Positions 43,558-52,640 of a DNA stretch of 58,973 nucleotides are shown here, piece by piece. The stretch's first letter is position 1; the number at the start of each line of letters is the position of its first letter. Below the pieces are notes generated by a model that saw nothing but the letters and a program-made list of their open reading frames with translations, was not told the origin of the DNA and searched no databases. The DNA lies in the NCBI GenBank assembly GCA_021296535.1, contig JAGWAG010000003.1, forward strand, positions 1 to 58,973, written 5' to 3'. The position numbers and the translations under genes were made by a program. Origin of the DNA: Acidobacteriota bacterium. Lineage in GTDB: Bacteria; Acidobacteriota; Thermoanaerobaculia; Multivoradales; Multivoraceae.

Positions 43558-46455
43558 CTACTTCCAGTTCAGGCGCACGCCCATGCGGTAGATGCGCGGT
43601 GAAATGTTGTCGTCCAGGTTGCCGCCGTTCGTGTACCGCGTGTTCAGCAGGTACGCGAGGCCAGTGCCTTCGTTCGTCATGTTGAACACGTCGATGCCGA
43701 AGGTCATGTTGACCGGACCTTGAAGAGCGATCTCCTTCTCGACCCGGAAGTCGATCGTCTCGATGTCGTCCAGGCGGTACTGGTCGTAGTCTTGGCCCGG
43801 GATCACGTTGAGCGTCAAGCGCCCCGCCCGCGATCCAAAAGGAGCCACCGCCGCGTTGCTCCAGTAGGCAAGCGGATAGCCCTCGCGTCCGGTCAGGTTC
43901 GCCGAGACGTTGAAGCCCCACGGCCGGTCCGGCGCCACCTGGTACATGCCGTTCAGGCTGTAGCTCCAGGTGGATTGCAGGAAGCGCTCACCCTTGCCGG
44001 AGCCGCTCGAACGCGTCAGGAAGAGGTCGCCGTCCTCGCAGCCCGCACGCCCGACGTTCGGGCTCGCGTGGTCGTAGTAGGAGCGCGGAACGCTGCACTC
44101 ACCCTTGCCGTACTGGTAGAAGCCGCGGGCCATCCAGCGGTTCGCCAGCCTCTTCGTGAAGCTGATCGAGTAGCCGAGATAGTCGCGCCCGCGGTCGCCG
44201 TTCGTTACGTAGCTGCCGCCCGTGCTCACGAGGTCCGAATTCGGGACGCCGTAGTACGGAACGCTGACGCTACGGTCGATCCGGGGCAACTCGGTCTCCA
44301 GGTCCCCGACATGTTCGTAATCACTCCGGTTGAGGATCCGCGTGCTGCCGTCCGGCTGCCGGTAGAGCCCGAAGCCGTCGAGCAAGTCGCTGACCTCCCG
44401 CGAAGTCACCGTGAAGGCGACGACGAACTCGGGCAGGAAAGCGTGCTCCACCGCAGCCAGGATCTCCCGGGTGAGCGGAGGATCCAGGCCCGGATCCGTC
44501 TCGTCGACGATCTTCAGCGGTTCGTCGGGGTCGAAGCCGCGTGCAAAGTAAAGCTCCCCCGTGACGGAGTCGAAGTAGGCATACGAGGCGCCGAACGGCG
44601 AGTTCCTCGTCACCCAGCCCGAGCCCATCTGGTCGTAGAACTGCGAGATGCTGGCGCGAACCAGCGTCTTGCGCTGCTCGCCGATCGCGTAGGTGGCGCC
44701 CAGACGCGGCGCGACGCTTCCCCAACTGAAGCCGGCCTCGGACCCCTGGAAGTTCGTCTCCGGGAAGATATCGCGGTACGCCGCGACCGGATGAGCGGGT
44801 CGGTTGTACGGCTCGTTGGCTCCACCCTGGTCGTCGTACCGAAGGCCGAAATTGATCGTCGCCCGGCCGAAGGTCACCGTGTCCTGAGCCCAGATCGCGT
44901 TGTACTCGGAGACGGCGACGCCGGTGTGATCGCGAACGGCCACCGTGGCGCCCCAGTCGCCGTGGAACACGTCCCGCGGCCCCCACTGGAACACGGAGTT
45001 CTGGGTGAACTCGCGGAAGCGTCCGCCGACCTTCAACTCGTGGTTGACCGACGCGCCCGTGGTGAAGAAGTACGACGTGTCGACCTGGTAGGAGTCGAAC
45101 GGGCGGGAACTACTGCCCGTAAGGTAGTTGTCCTGCCAGACGCCGGCCTCCTGGCGCGGGTCGAGCGCATCCGGATGGAGTCCGTTCTCGTCCGCGCGGG
45201 TACCCCGGGCCGCCAAGGCGAAACCGAAGTCGCCGTGGGAGTAGGTGCCGGTAAGGAAGAAGTTCGCCGAGAACACGTGCGTGTCCTCGAGCCGGTACTG
45301 GGCCGAGGGACCGCGCTGGTTCCAGGTCGTCGGCGCCGGCCGGGTCGTGCCCGCGCCGCGTCCGAACTTCAGCTTGTCGCCGTTGTTGAACGAACCGACG
45401 ATCGAGTTGGATGCGTTGATCTGGCCGTTGGCCTTGAGCGCCGTGTTCTCCAGGATCGTGTCGTCGGCCAGACCGGTCGCCGCGTTCTGCTGGATGTCGT
45501 TCTGACCCCAGCTTCCCCAGAAGAACAGGCGGTCCTGGATCGCGGCGCCACCGGCCTCGAAGCCGATGTCCTCGATCTTCCGCACCTGCGCGCCGGCGAG
45601 CTCGGTCTGGAAGTTGTCCGTGTACAGCTCGTCCTGAATGTTCGGCTGCGCCTGCTTCAGCTTGCCGCCGAAGTAGCCGTTGCGCTGCGTGTTGTAGAAC
45701 CGGGCCGAACCGCGGAACTCGTTGCTGCCGCGCTTGGTGACCAGGTTCACCTGGACGCCGGCGCTGTTCTTCGTCACGTCCGTGCCGCCGGTCGTGAACG
45801 ACATCTCGGCGAACTGGTCGAAGTCGTAGTACGTCGGCGAAGCGCCGGTGGCCGCCATGTCGGTAATCGACGTGCCGTCCATCTGGAAGTCGTTCTGGTT
45901 GCCGGCGACGCCCGGGGCGCGGAAGGTGGCCTGCTGGCCCGACTCCGAACCGCCTACGTTCACGCGGTCGACCAGCACGCCCGGCGTCTGCGACAGCAGA
46001 GCCCAGGGATCGCGCGCGGTCGGGATCTTCTCCAGTTCGACCTGGCTGACGTTGGTGCCGGTCGACAGCTTGCGCTCGTCGAGCAGGGGACTTTCCGAGG
46101 TTACGGTGATCGTCTCCTCAAGTGCTGCACTCAGCACGAGAGGCACGCTGGTGTTCCTGCCGACGGAGACGATGACACCGGGGTACTCGAGCGAACCCAG
46201 GCCCTCGAGTTCCGCCGACACGGTGTACGCGCCGGGGTCAAGAGCCAGGAAACGCCACTGGCCCTGGGCGTCGGTGAACTGCTCGCGCGGTGCGCCGATG
46301 CCGCTGACCGTGACCTTGACGCCGGGCAGCACAGCGCCCGACTCGTCCGCCACCGTGCCGTAGAGATTGCCCGTCGGCGACGCTTGGCCGAAGGCAAGGC
46401 CGGCGACGAACAGGCAAAGGATGACGCTGAACGTCGAAACGAGGCGTCTATTCAT
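43558..46455 (-). CDS. TonB-dependent receptor with N-terminal CarboxypepD_reg domain (Oar-like)
   Basis: The ATG at 46455 opens a signal peptide (MNRRLVSTFSVILCLFVAGLAFGQ). It has a CarboxypepD_reg segment (LYGTVADESGAVLPGVKVTVSG...GAYTVSAEL), a plug (ITVTSESPLLD...IPTARDPWALLSQTPGV) and a long beta-barrel ending RMGVRLNWK. Confidence 0.85.
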   Translation of the reverse strand: MNRRLVSTFSVILCLFVAGLAFGQASPTGNLYGTVADESGAVLPGVKVTVSGIGAPREQFTDAQGQWRFLALDPGAYTVSAELEGLGSLEYPGVIVSVGRNTSVPLVLSAALEETITVTSESPLLDERKLSTGTNVSQVELEKIPTARDPWALLSQTPGVLVDRVNVGGSESGQQATFRAPGVAGNQNDFQMDGTSITDMAATGASPTYYDFDQFAEMSFTTGGTDVTKNSAGVQVNLVTKRGSNEFRGSARFYNTQRNGYFGGKLKQAQPNIQDELYTDNFQTELAGAQVRKIEDIGFEAGGAAIQDRLFFWGSWGQNDIQQNAATGLADDTILENTALKANGQINASNSIVGSFNNGDKLKFGRGAGTTRPAPTTWNQRGPSAQYRLEDTHVFSANFFLTGTYSHGDFGFALAARGTRADENGLHPDALDPRQEAGVWQDNYLTGSSSRPFDSYQVDTSYFFTTGASVNHELKVGGRFREFTQNSVFQWGPRDVFHGDWGATVAVRDHTGVAVSEYNAIWAQDTVTFGRATINFGLRYDDQGGANEPYNRPAHPVAAYRDIFPETNFQGSEAGFSWGSVAPRLGATYAIGEQRKTLVRASISQFYDQMGSGWVTRNSPFGASYAYFDSVTGELYFARGFDPDEPLKIVDETDPGLDPPLTREILAAVEHAFLPEFVVAFTVTSREVSDLLDGFGLYRQPDGSTRILNRSDYEHVGDLETELPRIDRSVSVPYYGVPNSDLVSTGGSYVTNGDRGRDYLGYSISFTKRLANRWMARGFYQYGKGECSVPRSYYDHASPNVGRAGCEDGDLFLTRSSGSGKGERFLQSTWSYSLNGMYQVAPDRPWGFNVSANLTGREGYPLAYWSNAAVAPFGSRAGRLTLNVIPGQDYDQYRLDDIETIDFRVEKEIALQGPVNMTFGIDVFNMTNEGTGLAYLLNTRYTNGGNLDDNISPRIYRMGVRLNWK

Positions 46456-47024
46456 GTCGTTCAATACTCCCTCCGAAGTGAGTTTGTGCGACGGGCTAGC
46501 CCGACCTATGCGGCCCGGCAACACCCTCCGCAGCTTGGATCGAGCCTCATCGGCTCACCAACTGTACTGACCAACCCCGCAAAGCGTGTGCCAAAGCGGC
46601 CGGTGGCCCGCCACACCTTGCCGCGAGAAAAAGCCATGGCCACTGCGGGGTTTTGCAACGGCCCCAAGCCGCTCTGCGCCAAATTGGCGCGCCACGACCT
46701 TTCGGCCCATCCAAAAAAGTGCTCCATGTCCATTATCTTGAAGCGGCTCGCCACATGGCCCATCGTGTAGGACTTCTTCCTGCACTCCGAACGCGTCATC
46801 GAACTGCCACCTGGCGGTTCCAGTGTGCGACACACGCTCAGACAACGCCGCTACCGTCGAGGCGTGACTGACGAAAGACCACCAGCCAAACCAGACCATG
46901 ACGGGAACGCCGTGCGGGTCAACCTGTCGAGTGGATTCATCGTACAGTAGATGGGCTTGGTTTGTCTATCGGTGGACGATGGTGCCGCGGCAACCCGACC
47001 GGGCATGCCTCCACCCGATCCTCG

Positions 47025-48152
47025 ATGAAGCGTCCCCACCAGACTCCACGCTCACGAGCCGTAGCCGCCCGCGGCAGCGGAATCCTCCTCGCGCTACCCG
47101 CGCTCGCGGCCTGTGCCGGCTACGTCCCGTTCGACGGCAGGCAGGCGCTGGCGCCCGAGTTCGAGCGGCGACTGGGCCCCGAATGGCAGCAGGAGATCGT
47201 CGTGCCGTTCGCCGTCGACGACGAGCTCCGACTGGCGGTCGACGGTCGGGTCAGTCCGGCCGGCAGCGAAACCAGCCGGCGCAACGCGGTGATGGATTTC
47301 ATCTTCGGCTGGGTGGACCTCGAGTACGCCCTGACGCCAACGCGGACGGCGGCGCAGACGTACACCTCGGCGCGGGGCAACTGCCTCTCCTTCGTCAACC
47401 TGTTCGTGGCGGTCGGACGCGAGCGGCGCTTGAACCCGTTCTTCGTCGAGGTCAGGGACTACCAGCGCTGGAACTACCAGGACGGCGTCGTGGTCAGCCG
47501 GGGCCACATCGTCGCCGGCATGTACGTGGACGGCGAGATGGCCACCTACGACTTCCTCCCCTACCGGCCGAAGTCGTACCGTGATTTCCGCCCGATCACG
47601 GACCTCGCGGCGACCGGCCACTACTACAACAACCTCGGCGCCGAAGCCCTGATGGACGGCGACCTCGACGCCGCCGAGCGCTGGCTCGACATCGCCACCC
47701 GGCTGACGCCCGACTTCGACAAGGCGATCAACAACTACGGCATCGTGCTGCTTCGACGCGACCGGCTCGACGACGCCGTGCGAGCCTACGAGCAGGGGCT
47801 GGAACTCCACCCGGCCAACGTGCCCCTGCTGACCAACCTGGGCCGGAACGACCGCGCCGGCGAACTCCTGGATGTCCTGGAAGGGTTGAACCGCGCGAGC
47901 CCCTTCTTCTACGTCTACCGCGGCGACGCCGCACTTGCCGCCGGCGATTCGGCCACCGCTCTCGACTACATGCGCCGGGCTCTGCGCGCGGACTCGGAGA
48001 TCCCCGAGGTCCACGTCGGGCTGGCGCGGGTCTACCTGGCAACCGGCAGACTGAGCGAGGCGAAGCACCACGTCGAGCGCGCGCTTCGGCTCGACGCCAC
48101 CCACGCAGAGGCTCGAAAGTACGCGGCCCTGATTGAACGCGGGCCGCCGTAA
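47025..48152 (+). CDS. transglutaminase-like cysteine protease domain + TPR lipoprotein
   Basis: The ATG at 47025 opens a lipobox (LLALPALAAC). The candidate Cys-His-Asp triad is ARGNCLSFVNLFVAVGR ... SRGHIVAG ... ATYDF. The C-terminus carries TPR repeats. Confidence 0.7.
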   Translation: MKRPHQTPRSRAVAARGSGILLALPALAACAGYVPFDGRQALAPEFERRLGPEWQQEIVVPFAVDDELRLAVDGRVSPAGSETSRRNAVMDFIFGWVDLEYALTPTRTAAQTYTSARGNCLSFVNLFVAVGRERRLNPFFVEVRDYQRWNYQDGVVVSRGHIVAGMYVDGEMATYDFLPYRPKSYRDFRPITDLAATGHYYNNLGAEALMDGDLDAAERWLDIATRLTPDFDKAINNYGIVLLRRDRLDDAVRAYEQGLELHPANVPLLTNLGRNDRAGELLDVLEGLNRASPFFYVYRGDAALAAGDSATALDYMRRALRADSEIPEVHVGLARVYLATGRLSEAKHHVERALRLDATHAEARKYAALIERGPP

Positions 48153-48218
48153 AGCCCCGAAGCCCTAACGTGCAACGGGAAGAAACTCCGCTCCGAACTG
48201 TTAGCCTTACCGTCACCG

Positions 48219-50444
48219 ATGCCCCGGGACAGGACAGCAAACGTCATGCCGCCCGAATCGTCATCTGAGCCCCAATCGAGTCCGATCGCGGTTCTCGCTC
48301 TCGCCGGTCTGCTCACCACGGCGGCGCCCCACCTCGCTCAAGGGCCCGACGACCTGCGGCAGTTCGACGACCGCGCGTCCGTGTTCGAGGTGCAGGTGCC
48401 GGTCAACGTGGTCACGCGGAGCGGCGAACCGGTCCGCGGCCTGCAACCCGAGGACTTCCAGATCCTCGACGAGGGCGCCGCCCAGGAGATCACGGGCTTC
48501 CGCGTCGTCGACCTGGATCTGATCGCGCCCGACGACCGCCAGGTGATCGAGACCGACTACGGCATCCCGCCGGCGGCGCGACGCCACTTCCTGTTCCTGT
48601 TCGACCTCTCGTTCTCGGCGCCCACCTCGGTCGGCAAGGCCCGCGCCGCCGCCCAGGACTTCGTACTGGAACGGATGCACCCCACCGATCTCGCCGCCGT
48701 CGCCGTGCACACGGTGGAAACCGGGCCGCAACTGCTGATCACGTTCACGCCGGACCGGGCGCAGCTCGCGCGGGCCATCGCCACGCTCGGCAATCCGCGC
48801 CTGCTGAACCTGACGACGAAGGACCCGCTCGGATTCATGATCGACGCGCCCAGCGCGAATCCCGTCGGCTCGCTGGACATCGGCGGCGTCAACGACGACA
48901 TCCGCGCCATGGAGCGCGACATCGACGCCTACCTGCGGGTGATCGGCAACGAGATGGCGAAGTACGAAAAGAGCTACGCCCGCGGGCAGATCTCGAGCTG
49001 GACCGGCGCCTTGCAGGGCATGGCGCGCATCCTCTCCAGCGTCGAGGGCCGGAAGCACGTCGTTCTCTTCTCCGAGGGGTTCGACGGGCGGCTGCTGTTC
49101 GGCCGCCAGCCGGACTTCTTCGACGAGGAGATGCACCGTGAACAGGAGGCCATCGACACCGGACAGTACGGCCGCGTGGACACGGACAACCGCTACGGCA
49201 ACACACAGCTTCTGGGCCACGTGAATCGGATGTTGAACGAGTTCCAGCGGGCGAACACCGTGATCCACACGGTGGACATCTCGGGCCTGCGGGCCGACCT
49301 GCCTGAAGAACACCGCACGCGCGTCGTACACCGGGACGCCCTTCACTACATGGCCAACGAGACCGGCGGGGAACTGCACGAGGACGCGAATGACTTCGGC
49401 GCCGAACTCGGCGACGTGCTCGCGTCGTCGACCGTCACATACCTGCTCAGCTTCGAGCCCACCGAACCGGGCGAACCAGGCGAGCACCATCGGCTCAGGG
49501 TGCGGGCGCGAGCGCCAAGGGGGGCCCAGATCTCCCACCGCATGGGCTACTACACGCCCCGGCCGTTCGGCGACCTGCATCCGCTGGAAAAGCGGCTCCT
49601 GGCTTCGGATCTCATCGCCGCCGCCCAGGAGAGGGACGACCTCAAGATCGACGTGCTGGCCACGGCCTTCCGGGCGGGCGCCCGAGCGGCCTACGTTCCG
49701 GTGATCGTGGAGGTCGGCGGCGGCGGGCTGGTCGAGAACCACGACCAACCCCTGCTGCCCATCGAGATCTACGCGTACGTCACCGACGAAAAGACGCAGA
49801 TGCGCGACTTCTTCAGCCGGGTCGTCACCCTCAACCTGGCCGGCAGGGAAGACGCGTTCGCCAACACCGGCCTGAAGTACTACGGCCACCTGGAACTGGA
49901 TCCGGGCGCCTATCTTGTCCGTGTTCTGGTCCGCAACAGCGTGACCGGAAACACCGGCGTCGAGACGGTCAAGCTGGAGGTTCCGGCGTTCGCAACCGGC
50001 GAGCCGACCCTGCTGCCGCCCTTCTTCGAGCAGGAACCCGGAAGCTGGTTCCTGGTCCGCGAACAGCCCGCCGACCAGTACGCGAAGACGACGGTGTACC
50101 CATTCACGGTAAACGGCGAGCCCTACGTACCGTCCGCAGCACCGCTGGTGCAGACCAATCCGAAGGGGATCAACGCCGAGATCTGCCTGGTCGGCTACAA
50201 CCTCGGGCCGGGCGACCTGACCCTGGAGGCGACGGTTGTGGGACCGAACGGCGAGCTCGTCACGGGCGGCGAGATCAGCCTGCGGGAGCGGACGGTGACC
50301 GGGATCCCGGGGCTCGACAAGCTCGTTGCCAACTTCGACCCAACTGATCTTCCCGCTGGCGACTACACTCTCAGGGTTGCCGTGACCGACCCGGCAACCC
50401 AGGCCCGACCGGCCAACTCCATCCCGCTGAGGGTACTGAACTGA
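48219..50444 (+). CDS. secreted VWA domain protein, paralogue 1 (TIGR03436-like)
   Basis: 741 aa; an alternative ATG is at 48246. Motifs are FEVQVPVNVVTRSGEPVRGLQPEDFQILDEG, an intact MIDAS (FLFDLSFS), HVVLFSEGFDG and a C-terminal Ig-like end (AGDYTLRVAVTD). Confidence 0.8.
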   Translation: MPRDRTANVMPPESSSEPQSSPIAVLALAGLLTTAAPHLAQGPDDLRQFDDRASVFEVQVPVNVVTRSGEPVRGLQPEDFQILDEGAAQEITGFRVVDLDLIAPDDRQVIETDYGIPPAARRHFLFLFDLSFSAPTSVGKARAAAQDFVLERMHPTDLAAVAVHTVETGPQLLITFTPDRAQLARAIATLGNPRLLNLTTKDPLGFMIDAPSANPVGSLDIGGVNDDIRAMERDIDAYLRVIGNEMAKYEKSYARGQISSWTGALQGMARILSSVEGRKHVVLFSEGFDGRLLFGRQPDFFDEEMHREQEAIDTGQYGRVDTDNRYGNTQLLGHVNRMLNEFQRANTVIHTVDISGLRADLPEEHRTRVVHRDALHYMANETGGELHEDANDFGAELGDVLASSTVTYLLSFEPTEPGEPGEHHRLRVRARAPRGAQISHRMGYYTPRPFGDLHPLEKRLLASDLIAAAQERDDLKIDVLATAFRAGARAAYVPVIVEVGGGGLVENHDQPLLPIEIYAYVTDEKTQMRDFFSRVVTLNLAGREDAFANTGLKYYGHLELDPGAYLVRVLVRNSVTGNTGVETVKLEVPAFATGEPTLLPPFFEQEPGSWFLVREQPADQYAKTTVYPFTVNGEPYVPSAAPLVQTNPKGINAEICLVGYNLGPGDLTLEATVVGPNGELVTGGEISLRERTVTGIPGLDKLVANFDPTDLPAGDYTLRVAVTDPATQARPANSIPLRVLN

Positions 50445-50502
50445 CCGGGGCAACGGGACGCGGCGCCATCCAACAAACAACTCTGGATCAGGGAGCCCTG
50501 AA

Positions 50503-52624
50503 ATGAACGATCGCAGGCTCATGAACCGGCCACTTCGCATACCCACTCTTCGTGCCGGCGCTCTTCTCTGTGCGGGAGCGCTGCTGCTGTCGGCGGTTTC
50601 GGCCGACGCCCAGCGAAACCGGCGGCAGAGGCAGGCGCAGTTCACCGACACAACGACGGTCACAGTCGTCGAGGTTCCCGTGCAGGTGATCAGCGGCGGG
50701 AATCCGCTTCGCAACCTCACGAAAGATGACTTCGAGATCCTGGACGGCCGCAGGTCGGTCAAGATCACGGGCTTCGATGTCGTCGACCTGTCGACCGTTG
50801 ACGGCAAGCCCACCGAGAATCCCGTGCCGGTAGCGGCACGGCGACACTTCCTGTTGCTCTTCGACCTCTTCTTCACCACCCCCGACTCCGTTGGCCGGGC
50901 GCAGCAGGCCGCCGCAGACCTCGTTCTGCAGGAACTCCACCCCACCGACCTGGTGGCCCTTGCGCTCTACGACACGCGACCCCGCCTCGTGCTCGGTTTC
51001 ACCTCCGATCGCAGCCAGATCCGCCAGGCGATTCGAAGCCTCGGCAAGATAGAGACCGGAGAGTCCATTCGCGACCCTCTGGGTCTGGTGATCGGCGATC
51101 TCAGCGCGGATCCGCCCGTGAACTCCGACCTGGGAGATGGAGGCGGCCAGGCCAACCTCGACGTCGACTCGCTTCTCTCCCAGACCCAACGGGAACTGAG
51201 GAGCCTCCAGGGCGCCGCGGAACGGGGTCGAGCCTCAAGTCATGTCGCGGCACTGACCAGCGGCATGAGCGAACTCGCCAACTGGATGTACTCGATCGAG
51301 GGGCGCAAGCACGTCGTGTTCCTGTCCGAAGGGTTCGACAACTCGATCCTGGTGGGCCAACAGGCCCTGGGAGACACCCGGGAGCAGCAGCAGATCCTGG
51401 ATCGCCAACTCGCGGTTGCGGACGGCCGAACCGCGGAAGTAGACAACGAAGAGCTGTTCGGCAGCAGTTCCGCCCAGAACTCGATGCATCAGATGCTCGC
51501 CAGGTTCCGCGAAGCGAACTGCACAATCCAGGCAGTTGATGTCAGCGGCCAGGTCCGCAGTGAGAGCCAGAGCAACCGCGCTTCCCTGTCCATGATGGCC
51601 AGTGACACCGGCGGCGAGATGTTCGCCAACTTCGGCGATCTGGGCGACGCGATGTCCGAGATGCTGGAACGTACCAGCGTGACCTATCTGCTCGCCTTCC
51701 AGCCCGAGAACCTCAAGTACGACGGCAAGTTCAACAAGCTGCGAGTGCGCCTGAAGAGCGCACCCCGGGGAACCCAGGTCGTCCACCGCCCCGGCTACTA
51801 CGCACCCAAGCCGTACGCCCAGACGAATCCGTTCGAACGGGCGCTGACGTCGGCACAGCAGGTGATGAGTGGCGTCGAGACCGGCGAAATCGACGCCACC
51901 GTCCTGACCGCCGCCTTTCCCGCCGCCAGCGGCAAGGCCTACGCGCCGGTGCTGATCGAAGCCCATGGCGAAGACCTGATCGGCGGCCTCCAGCAGGGCA
52001 CCGTGCCGCTCCAGGTCTACGCCTACGCGCTGGACGAACACGGGATCGTGCGCGACTTCTTCGTCCGCGCCATGGGCCTCGATCTGGCCCAGGCCGGCGC
52101 CGCGCTGCGCCAGAGCGGGCTCAAGTACTGGGGACACTTCGACCTGGACCCCGGCAGAAACGACGCCACCGGCCACCGCGCCCTGACCACGTCTGAGCTC
52201 GCTGTGCCCGGCGAGACGGCTACGCTGCAGCCACCCCTGTTCCCCGAACAACCGGGCAAGTGGGTGCTGATCCGCGAAGAGGAGTCGGAACAGCGCACGG
52301 ACGTCGCCTTCCCGTTCCTTCGCAGCGGCGAGCCCTTCATCCCGGCGGCGAGGCCCGAGGTGACCGCCGGCGGCGAAACGCCGATCAGCCTCGTGGGCAC
52401 CGGCCTCGGTGCCGGCCCCGTGTCGATTCGAACCCAGGTGTTCCGGCCGGACGGCGAGCACGTGGCCGACGGCGGCGAGATCGGCCGGTCCCGGGTTGTC
52501 GCAGCTCTCCGGGGTGTTCGTGGCCGGCAGCAAGCTCTCAGCCGGCGACTACATTCTCTCGGTCGTCGTGACCGACCCGGAGAACCAGGAGCACGCGTCC
52601 TCGACGACGATCCGGGTGCTGTAG
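50503..52624 (+). pseudogene. secreted VWA domain protein, paralogue 2, 1-nt frameshift near the 3' end as assembled
   Basis: It aligns with paralogue 1 throughout (RRHFLLLFDLFFTTPDSVG..., HVVFLSEGFDN). After GGEIG at about 52483-52488 the homologous C-terminus (PGLSQLSGVFVAGSKLSAGDYILSVVVTDPENQEHASSTTIRVL) continues in frame 2 to the stop at 52624. The frame-1 ORF runs on to 52722 with a non-homologous Arg/Pro tail. Confidence 0.75.
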
Positions 52625-52640
52625 AGAGGCGCCGCGGGAC

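Noticed and set aside
46630-46670. A GCCACTG motif (GCCATGGCCACTGCGGGG) resembling the cobalamin riboswitch B12-box neighbourhood, next to a TonB receptor.
   Set aside because: The motif is on the plus strand whereas the receptor is on the minus strand. I could not find the other conserved riboswitch blocks (GGTG...AATCC, AGCCAGGAGACCTGCC-like B12 box) on either strand.
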